Positions 56,703-64,000 of a DNA stretch of 64,000 bases are shown piece after piece (the stretch's first letter is position 1; each line of letters begins with the position of its first letter). The stretch comes from Candidatus Cloacimonadota bacterium (GTDB taxonomy: Bacteria; Cloacimonadota; Cloacimonadia; Cloacimonadales; WRIO01), in assembly GCA_029564175.1 (NCBI GenBank), contig JAKQQL010000192.1, positions 8,753 through 72,752 on the forward strand, in the 5' to 3' direction. Below the pieces are notes generated by a model that was given only the letters and a program-made list of their open reading frames with translations, was not told the origin of the DNA and ran no database searches. The position numbers were made by a program, and so were the translations under genes.

Positions 56703-57491
56703 GTGACACACAAAAAAGCGGTTTTAGTCATCTATCTTTTGATTGGGTTGATCTTGTTTATGGGAAGTGTGGATAGCCGTCTAAAAAAAGCATCCATACT
56801 TTCCAAAACCGTTTTCTATCCTTTTTTTTTAAGTGTTAATAATTTTATCTCTTTTCATAAAATCAAGAAATTTAATGAAGAACTTCAAATTCAATTGGCA
56901 AATCAACTGATTGAGAATACTCATTTAAAAACGCAACTCAAAAAAACAGAGTTGAATCAGTTTGAATATGTCATTAAAGATACGGCCTTTGTGTTAGCTG
57001 ATGTTGTCGGTATATCTGGAAATCTGACATCAAACAACATTATCGTTAATAAAGGAAAAGATGTCGGAATTGATGATAATTATCCCGTTTTATCTTCTAA
57101 AGGGATTGTGGGTAAAGTAATAAAATCATATTCTGATTTTTCTATTATTCTACCCATGAATAACCCTGGATTTAAGCTGGCTGTTTTTGACCAAAGTTCA
57201 AATATTCAGGGATTACTGGAAACTAATATTACAGGGAAAACCTATATCTCTTTTGTGAGGTTGGGTTCTGTTATCAGTATTGGAGATACGATTGTTACTT
57301 CTAATTTGTCACAGTTGTTTCCTCCTGGTTATCCGGTAGGTACGATTACTGCAATTGAAGAGTCGCAGGATGCCATGTATATTAAAGGCTTGATAAGCCC
57401 CAAAACAAACTTTAACAACCTGGAAAATGTCTTTATTTTAAAACCAGGCAGAAAGGAAAATTATGAAAACTACATTCAATCCGGTCATTAA
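56703..57491 (+). CDS. mreC: Rod shape-determining protein MreC
   Basis: TM, coiled coil, NKG..VG...PV...GIVGKV, GD.IVTS...FPPGYPVG. Confidence 0.9.
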   Translation: MTHKKAVLVIYLLIGLILFMGSVDSRLKKASILSKTVFYPFFLSVNNFISFHKIKKFNEELQIQLANQLIENTHLKTQLKKTELNQFEYVIKDTAFVLADVVGISGNLTSNNIIVNKGKDVGIDDNYPVLSSKGIVGKVIKSYSDFSIILPMNNPGFKLAVFDQSSNIQGLLETNITGKTYISFVRLGSVISIGDTIVTSNLSQLFPPGYPVGTITAIEESQDAMYIKGLISPKTNFNNLENVFILKPGRKENYENYIQSGH

Positions 57492-58149
57492 AATAAATGA
57501 CAAATCATACTTAAGAATTCCTGTAAAGACCAGAATACTGCAAGCAAATGATGATTTTGTGGAAATAATCAGAGAATTTGCCCTTCCTCAAATGGAGAAG
57601 GGTGATATACTGGTGATTAGTGAAAGTCCACTGGCAATCACTCAAAATAGAGCTATTCCTGTTAAAGATATTAAAATTGGCCTTTTAGCCAGTATTTTAT
57701 GGCGATTTGTTGGCAAAGTAAATTATGGAATAGGTCTTCGTGCTCCAACCAGTATGCAGTGCGCGATTGATGAGTGTGGTAGTTTTAGAATTCTTTTAGC
57801 TGCTATTGTGGGGGGGATTACAAAATTATTTGGGAGAAAAGGTGATTTTTATAGAATTGCCGGAAAACAGGCTGCATTGGTAGATGCGGCTTCTACTTCT
57901 CCAGTCCCACCTTATACGGAATGTGTTATCAAAGGTCCTCTTCATCCTGAAAAAGTCTCTCAGGGAATTTGTGATGTTTTAGGATTTGAAACCTGTGTCA
58001 TGGATATAAACGACATAGGCGGAAGCTGGATGATAGGTGGTAGTAAAAATATCAATAAAAACTTGATGGAACAAATCATGAAAGATAACCCTCAGGGACA
58101 GGGCGATGAACTGACTCCTGTTTGCATTGTCAGAAAACTTGATAATTAA
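57463..58149 (+). CDS. Coenzyme F420-0:L-glutamate ligase (CofE)-like protein
   Basis: IPVKT, GDILVISES.LAITQ.R, FYRIAG, DIND, DNP.GQG.E.TPVCIVR; resembles the uncharacterised non-actinobacterial CofE-like family. Confidence 0.75.
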   Translation: MKTTFNPVIKINDKSYLRIPVKTRILQANDDFVEIIREFALPQMEKGDILVISESPLAITQNRAIPVKDIKIGLLASILWRFVGKVNYGIGLRAPTSMQCAIDECGSFRILLAAIVGGITKLFGRKGDFYRIAGKQAALVDAASTSPVPPYTECVIKGPLHPEKVSQGICDVLGFETCVMDINDIGGSWMIGGSKNINKNLMEQIMKDNPQGQGDELTPVCIVRKLDN

Positions 58150-58165
58150 AGGCTAATCATTTAAA

Positions 58166-58660
58166 ATGAAATTGATTAAGTATATCCTTTTTTCGGTACT
58201 AATCATATATTTTCAGGTTCTATTTTTATCGGGAAAATCATTTTTAGGTGCAAGTTTATATCTTCCGCTTGCACTTGTAATTTATATTTCAATTAAGCTT
58301 AATTATATTTCCTGTATGACGATTACTCTGTTTCAAAGCATGATATGGGATGTATTTTGTCCTCAATTACTGGGTTTAAATGTAATTCTTAATATTGTTG
58401 TTTGTCATCTGGTGTTTATCTATCATTCCAATATTAACAAGGAAAAATTCCTGTCTGTCTTATTTTCAGTTTTACTGATTAATCTTCTTTATTTCTTTGG
58501 TTACTGGCTATATTATATTATCAGCTATCAGAATCCAAATATACTTGTCCTTAGCAGTATTCTGAGTGTTTTAATCAATACGTTTGCTAATGTGTTTCTC
58601 TTATATTTGTTAGTCCTTACAGATAAACTTAAAATCATATTCTATGAAGACGCAAGCTAG
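58166..58660 (+). CDS. mreD: Rod shape-determining protein MreD
   Basis: 164-aa multi-TM protein with D.....LG motif, directly before mrdA. Confidence 0.75.
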   Translation: MKLIKYILFSVLIIYFQVLFLSGKSFLGASLYLPLALVIYISIKLNYISCMTITLFQSMIWDVFCPQLLGLNVILNIVVCHLVFIYHSNINKEKFLSVLFSVLLINLLYFFGYWLYYIISYQNPNILVLSSILSVLINTFANVFLLYLLVLTDKLKIIFYEDAS

Positions 58661-60410
58661 ATTAATTATATTATACAGAATCATTCTTGGCATTATATTT
58701 CTGGTTTTACTGATTGTTCTTTTTACGCTTCAGATTATTAAAGGAGAACGATATAAGGAAATTGCAGAACGTAACTACGTTCGAATCAGAAGAATCAATG
58801 CTGCACGTGGTGTGATTTATGATGAAAAGCTAAACCCGATTGCTGTTAATAATCCTTCAATCAATTTATATTTCAGGCCATTTCTGATCAAAGATAAAGA
58901 GAAAATGGCTGATTTCGTTGCCAATAACCTGCCAGTAGAGAAGAAAACTGTAGAAAAACTAATTCATGATAACCGTTATAGATCTTTCAATGAAATTCTC
59001 ATATATGAGAATATTGATTACAACAAAATGGTGGCGATCTCTGAAAATTTAAATTATTATCCTGAATTGTTTTTTAAAGTAGAAACCATGAGATCCTATA
59101 CGCTTCCAAACCATTTTTCTGGTTATGTAGGTCGAATCAATGAAAAAGAATATAACAAGCTCAAAAAAGAAGAATATTCCATTAATAGTGTCATTGGAAA
59201 AACAGGAATAGAAAAGTATTACGAAAGAATTCTTGCCGGAAAGCCCGGTTATGAAGTGATCCAAGTAGATGCTTATGGCAGAAACCTAAATATCTTCAAA
59301 GATAATCTGAATAAAAAACCAGAAAATGGGCTTCATCTGGTATTAAACATTAATCTTGATCTTCAAAGATATATTGGAACAATCTATCCACGGGAATATG
59401 CCGGAGCAATAGTTGTTATGAATCCTAAAACAGGTGGAATTCTTGCGTATAGCAGTTTTCCTGAATACGAACAGAACTGGTTTGCTTCAAGAATAACGAC
59501 CGAACAATGGATTAGTTTGCGGGATAATCCTCAAAAGCCGATGCTGGACAGAGTCATAAATGGCACATATCCTCCAGGTTCAACATTTAAAGCCGTTACA
59601 GGTTCTTTTGGCCTTGAGAAAAAACTAATCAATCAGGAAACCTTGTTAGCATCATGTGTTGGGGGACTCCAGATTGGCAATCGCTTTTTTAAATGCTGGT
59701 TTCATGGGGGACATGGCAGAACCAATATTCTTTCAGCACTTAAGGTTTCATGTGACGTCTTTTTTTATGATTTGTCTAAATATTTTAAACTCGATGAGTT
59801 TAAAGATTTTGTTCAAGCAAACTATCTGATTGACCGGACTGGTGTTGATATTCCTTATGAGAGAAAGGGATTTTTCCCTGATACAAAATGGTATGCCAAA
59901 CGATTAGGGAAATATTTCAGCTTACAGGGAAGAAAAGCCAACCTTTCTATTGGTCAGGGAGAAGTATTAATGACTCCATTGCAGTTGTGTGCCTATTATG
60001 CCGCTATTGCAAATGATGGAATATGGAAAAAACCTCACCTCCTAAAAAAGGCAATAGGACATAAATCTTTGAGTTATGAAGAAATTGAAGGACCTGTTGA
60101 TAAAAAATTACCTGTTTCACCACAGAATCTTAAAATCATTCAGGAAGGTTTATGGCAGGTATGTAATGCACCCGGAGGTACAGGCGGTGGTGCCAGAGTG
60201 CCAGGTGTTAAGGTCTATGGAAAAACTGGCTCAGCCGAAAATGCGCATGGAGGGCAAACTCATGCCTGGTTTGCCTGTTATGCAACCTGGGATGAACCGG
60301 AACTGGCTGTTGTCGTCTTTATGGAAAATGCAGGGCATGGAGGAAGTATGTCTGCTCCAATAGCCGGTAAAATTATCAGTTATTATAATTTGAATGTCAG
60401 AAATAAATGA
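58644..60410 (+). CDS. mrdA: Penicillin-binding protein 2
   Basis: AARG.IYD, GKTGIEKYY, YPPGSTFK (SxxK), SCD, KTG, HAWF. Confidence 0.95.
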   Translation: MKTQARLIILYRIILGIIFLVLLIVLFTLQIIKGERYKEIAERNYVRIRRINAARGVIYDEKLNPIAVNNPSINLYFRPFLIKDKEKMADFVANNLPVEKKTVEKLIHDNRYRSFNEILIYENIDYNKMVAISENLNYYPELFFKVETMRSYTLPNHFSGYVGRINEKEYNKLKKEEYSINSVIGKTGIEKYYERILAGKPGYEVIQVDAYGRNLNIFKDNLNKKPENGLHLVLNINLDLQRYIGTIYPREYAGAIVVMNPKTGGILAYSSFPEYEQNWFASRITTEQWISLRDNPQKPMLDRVINGTYPPGSTFKAVTGSFGLEKKLINQETLLASCVGGLQIGNRFFKCWFHGGHGRTNILSALKVSCDVFFYDLSKYFKLDEFKDFVQANYLIDRTGVDIPYERKGFFPDTKWYAKRLGKYFSLQGRKANLSIGQGEVLMTPLQLCAYYAAIANDGIWKKPHLLKKAIGHKSLSYEEIEGPVDKKLPVSPQNLKIIQEGLWQVCNAPGGTGGGARVPGVKVYGKTGSAENAHGGQTHAWFACYATWDEPELAVVVFMENAGHGGSMSAPIAGKIISYYNLNVRNK

Positions 60411-60416
60411 GGTATT

Positions 60417-61634
60417 ATGAAATTCAACTTTGACAGGAATTTTGACTGGTACTTGTTTACAGTTTGGATGGCATTGGTTGTTTTTGGTATAATTGCTATT
60501 TTTACAGCCTCAGCTTCAAAAATTGGTGAAGAAATGGTTCTTAAAAATCATTACTGGAAACAGATTATTTGGTTTGTTTTAAGTCTGGGCTTATTTATTT
60601 TCATTATGAAAGTGCCATTACCCGTTATCGATATGTTTATATGGCCATTGTACGGACTTACACTTATCTTGCTAATTATCGTCTTATTTATGCCACCAGT
60701 TAATAACTCCCGAAGTTGGCTGATGTTAGGCGGTTTTCGTTTTCAGCCTTCTGAATTAGCTAAAATTGTTATGATTTTATTGATATCGAAACTGATTTCA
60801 AAGGAACATATCAGTGAGTATAAAATGCTGACAAAAGCTATTTCTGGTACTATTCTACCTGTGTTTCTGATTTTACTCGAACCTGATTTCGGAACAACGC
60901 TGGTCTTTTGGGGGAGTCTTGTTTTAATGCTTGCTCAGGCAGGTTTTCCGCTTTCTTATATCGTAGTTTTGATAAGTCCGATAACAGGTATCATATTTTC
61001 ACTTAACTGGATGTTATTTGTTTTTGTATGTTTTTTACTGATTCTATATTATTACAGAGAGCATTTTAACTGGGTTTTAATCTCTTTTTCTATTATTTTT
61101 AATACTTTTATATTTTTACTGACACCTGTATTTTGGAACAGTTTGAAGGAGTACCAACAAAACAGAATCATCACTTTTTTTAATCCGATGCATGATCCTT
61201 TAGGCGCAGGATATCAGGTGATTCAGGCAAAGATTGCGATTGGTTCTGGTCAGCTTTTTGGAAAAGGTTTTTTACAGGGAAGCCAGAAAAATATGAATTT
61301 TCTGCCTGAACACCATACAGACTTTATTTTCTCTGTTGTAGGCGAAGAATTTGGTTTTATGGGTGCGTCATTATTGCTGGTGCTTTTCTTTTTGTTTTTT
61401 AACAGAATCATTTATCTGATACGGGTTGTTAGTAAAAGAGAGTATAAAATTGCCATTTCTGGTATTTTTGGTTATCTGTTATTGCAAACCTTCATCAATA
61501 TTGGTATGAATCTGGGCGTTTTACCTACTACCGGTATTCCTTTGCCATTTATTAGTTACGGAGGTTCAAATCTGCTGATTAATTCATTTGCGATTGCGAT
61601 GATTTTAAAATATTCTGTTTATAAGGTTGTATAA
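60417..61634 (+). CDS. rodA: SEDS peptidoglycan glycosyltransferase RodA
   Basis: QPSELAK, EPDFGT, IAIGSG, LPEHHTDFIF, LPFISYGGS. Confidence 0.95.
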   Translation: MKFNFDRNFDWYLFTVWMALVVFGIIAIFTASASKIGEEMVLKNHYWKQIIWFVLSLGLFIFIMKVPLPVIDMFIWPLYGLTLILLIIVLFMPPVNNSRSWLMLGGFRFQPSELAKIVMILLISKLISKEHISEYKMLTKAISGTILPVFLILLEPDFGTTLVFWGSLVLMLAQAGFPLSYIVVLISPITGIIFSLNWMLFVFVCFLLILYYYREHFNWVLISFSIIFNTFIFLLTPVFWNSLKEYQQNRIITFFNPMHDPLGAGYQVIQAKIAIGSGQLFGKGFLQGSQKNMNFLPEHHTDFIFSVVGEEFGFMGASLLLVLFFLFFNRIIYLIRVVSKREYKIAISGIFGYLLLQTFINIGMNLGVLPTTGIPLPFISYGGSNLLINSFAIAMILKYSVYKVV

Positions 61635-61635
61635 T

Positions 61636-62538
61636 ATGAATTCTCTTATTGCAAGTAAATGTATATTGGGGGGAGGAGCAGCGCTTGGATATGCTCATAT
61701 CGGGGCTTTAAAAGCCCTTGAAAATAAGTATGAAGTAAAAGCGATTCTCGGTACAAGTATGGGGGCAATTATTGGTGCACTTTATGCCTGCCAGTATTCC
61801 GCTGATGAGATATGTCAGATTGCAAAAGAAAAGCAGTTTAATAAATTTATTCGTCTCAATCTGAATATATTCAGAGAAGGAATTCTAAATACACGTAAGA
61901 TGTATGACTTTTTTAGTCAGATAACTCATCATAAACGGATTGAAGAGAGTTCGGTAGCTTATGCATCTGTCGCATTTGATTTATTGCAAAAAAGAACCGT
62001 GATTATCAATCAGGGTAAATTTGCAGATGCGATGATTGCTTCATCAAATCTGCCATTTCTTAATCAGGCTTATCCTTATCAGGGGGCTCTTTTGGTTGAC
62101 GGAGGTGTATGTTACCCTTTTCCTCTTGAATTTCAAAACATCTTTCCAGACCAACTTACAAGTATTGCTATCAATGTATTGCCACCTATTCAGATAAAAC
62201 CTGTCTTTTTATCCAATAATATCCCTGCTGATGAAACTAATCATCAAAACAATCTGATTTATAATTCGATGCTGGTTAATCTTTATAATCAGGCAAACCT
62301 TGCATTGGATTCTCTGCAACACATTAAACCGGATATCTATGTTAATTGTTTTTCAGAACATCTCAAAGCATGGGATTTTCATAAAGTAGATGAATTTTTT
62401 CATTTAGGATTTCATCAAACAAATCAAATTATTCAGCTTACAACAGAGAAACATGATTCACTTCTTGATGAAATCAGAGACAATACCAGAATGCTCATTA
62501 AGAAAATTCAAAAGGATTTCTCTTTTAAAAAATTGTGA
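61636..62538 (+). CDS. Patatin-like phospholipase
   Basis: LGGGAALG.AHIG, GTSMG nucleophile, DGG. Confidence 0.9.
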   Translation: MNSLIASKCILGGGAALGYAHIGALKALENKYEVKAILGTSMGAIIGALYACQYSADEICQIAKEKQFNKFIRLNLNIFREGILNTRKMYDFFSQITHHKRIEESSVAYASVAFDLLQKRTVIINQGKFADAMIASSNLPFLNQAYPYQGALLVDGGVCYPFPLEFQNIFPDQLTSIAINVLPPIQIKPVFLSNNIPADETNHQNNLIYNSMLVNLYNQANLALDSLQHIKPDIYVNCFSEHLKAWDFHKVDEFFHLGFHQTNQIIQLTTEKHDSLLDEIRDNTRMLIKKIQKDFSFKKL

Positions 62539-62606
62539 ATTATATCATGACTAATACGGCATTCTTTTGATTATCAACTTAAATCAATCCTATTTAAACT
62601 GTTACA

Positions 62607-62635
62607 TTGACAGAAAAAACAGGTTATATTATAAA
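62607..62635 (+). promoter_or_regulatory. Putative sigma70 promoter
   Basis: TTGACA-N17-TATAAA ahead of the AAGGAGG RBS. Confidence 0.55.
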
Positions 62636-62659
62636 CTGTGAAAAGTAAAGGAGGTTACA

Positions 62660-64000
62660 ATGGGTAAACAGGATTTATTCGTCAGCAAAATGAAGCAGGA
62701 AGGTTTGAATGATATTGTCATAAACACCTTTATATCCTACTTTAATAAACTGCTTAATGGTGAAAAAGGAAAACTCAGTAAAAATGAGATTAAACAACCT
62801 GCAGAAAGTAATATTATTCATTATCATGATCTCAAAAATGAAAAAACAGATTTTCTGTGTAAACTGGCAGTTATCAAACTGAATGGTGGTTTAGGTACCA
62901 GTATGGGCCTAAAAAAAGCCAAGTCCTTATTGCCTGTTAAACATGGATTAAGCTTTTTAGATATCATTGCTCAACAGATTCTTTTTTTAAGGGAAAAATA
63001 TCATTTCTCTATCCCTGTTTTATTTATGAACAGTTTTAACACTCAGCGTGATACGCTCCAATTGTTAGACAAGTATCCAGAAATTAAGAAACAATCTTGC
63101 CCTTTGGATTTTGTTCAAAATAAGTTTCCTAAAATAAGACAGGATAATTTTGAACCTTTGACGGTTTCCGAAGAAGCTGCTGGCTGGAATCCTCCTGGAC
63201 ACGGTGATATTTACTCCTGTCTTGTTCAGGAGAAAATTATCGACCAGTTACTGGATTCAGGTATAGAATACATTTTTGTTTCAAATTCAGACAATTTAGG
63301 CGCAATCGCTGATATTAGAATACTCAACTATATGATTGAAAATAAGATACCCTTTATTATGGAAGTTTGCAACAGAACTGAAATGGATAAAAAAGGAGGG
63401 CATCTCGCTGAAACGAAGGATGGACGCTTAATCCTCAGAGAAACAGCCCAATGTCCTGATGATGAAACTGAGGATTTTCAGAATATCAGTCTTTATCATT
63501 ATTTTAATACCAATAATCTGTGGATCGATTTAAAAGTCCTTAGAGATAAAATGCAAAGCAATCATAATATCCTTGATCTTCCACTGATTATCAATCCAAA
63601 AAAGGTAGATAACATACCTGTTTATCAGCTTGAAACTGCTATGGGTTCAGCAATATCTTTGTTTGAAGGGGCAAAGGCTGTGCTTGTCAACCGTGACCGT
63701 TTTGCACCAGTAAAAAAGACACAGGATTTGTTATTGATTTGGTCAGATATCTATGATTTGAAAGATGATTTTACGTTGCAAAAAGTAACTGAGAATGATC
63801 ATCTGCTTGACCTTGACAGTCAATACTATGGCGAAATTGATCAACTTGTAAAACGTTTCCCGACTACTCCTCCTTCTTTAAAAGAATGCCAGTCATTTTC
63901 TGTTAAAGGTGATATCAGCTTTGGCAACAATCTTTCATTCAAAGGAAGCATTACCTTAAAAGCAAGTCAGCCAGCTTATCTTGAAAATATTGAAATTACG
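62660..64000 (+). CDS. Eukaryote-type UTP--glucose-1-phosphate uridylyltransferase (truncated by window end; absent from the ORF track)
   Basis: Own translation: KLNGGLGTSMG..KAKS, MNSFNT, WNPPGHGD, SNSDNLGA, KKGGHL, QLETAMG, RFAPVK. Confidence 0.92.
   Translation, partial: MGKQDLFVSKMKQEGLNDIVINTFISYFNKLLNGEKGKLSKNEIKQPAESNIIHYHDLKNEKTDFLCKLAVIKLNGGLGTSMGLKKAKSLLPVKHGLSFLDIIAQQILFLREKYHFSIPVLFMNSFNTQRDTLQLLDKYPEIKKQSCPLDFVQNKFPKIRQDNFEPLTVSEEAAGWNPPGHGDIYSCLVQEKIIDQLLDSGIEYIFVSNSDNLGAIADIRILNYMIENKIPFIMEVCNRTEMDKKGGHLAETKDGRLILRETAQCPDDETEDFQNISLYHYFNTNNLWIDLKVLRDKMQSNHNILDLPLIINPKKVDNIPVYQLETAMGSAISLFEGAKAVLVNRDRFAPVKKTQDLLLIWSDIYDLKDDFTLQKVTENDHLLDLDSQYYGEIDQLVKRFPTTPPSLKECQSFSVKGDISFGNNLSFKGSITLKASQPAYLENIEIT

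Overview
AT-rich bacterial core-genome window containing the replication origin. Gene content (diderm envelope genes, archaeal-type HD hydrolase, eukaryote-type UGPase, HTH-EIIA fusion, methylmalonyl-CoA epimerase) suggests an anaerobe such as Candidatus Cloacimonadota; this is an inference. Left to right: NhaD/ArsB transporter, ettA, mce, a four-subunit 2-oxoacid:ferredoxin oxidoreductase operon, rnk, split class I fumarase, PAS histidine kinase, a large secreted repeat protein, pepD, dacB, then dnaA flanked by two DnaA-box clusters (the downstream one has a GC spacer and DnaA-trios). No dnaN follows. Instead there is an envelope and translation operon (lipoproteins, surA, pgpA, yajC, def, fmt), then manC/lolA/ftsK, ychF, lptE, purE, comM, a four-gene glycogen operon, a fold-type III ornithine decarboxylase, ndk, ackA, an mreBCD-mrdA-rodA operon, a patatin and a UGPase. 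Two observations stand out. First, an unannotated 35-codon leader ORF (MFDIRRWNTQVHPPD...) with a strong RBS overlaps the decarboxylase start and runs through a hairpin that occludes its Shine-Dalgarno, a candidate polyamine- or ornithine-sensing translational attenuator. Second, a CofE-like amide ligase sits between mreC and mreD, a candidate peptidoglycan-modifying enzyme. I saw no rRNA, tRNA, CRISPR array or transposase. All family calls are by eye from motifs; no searches were run.
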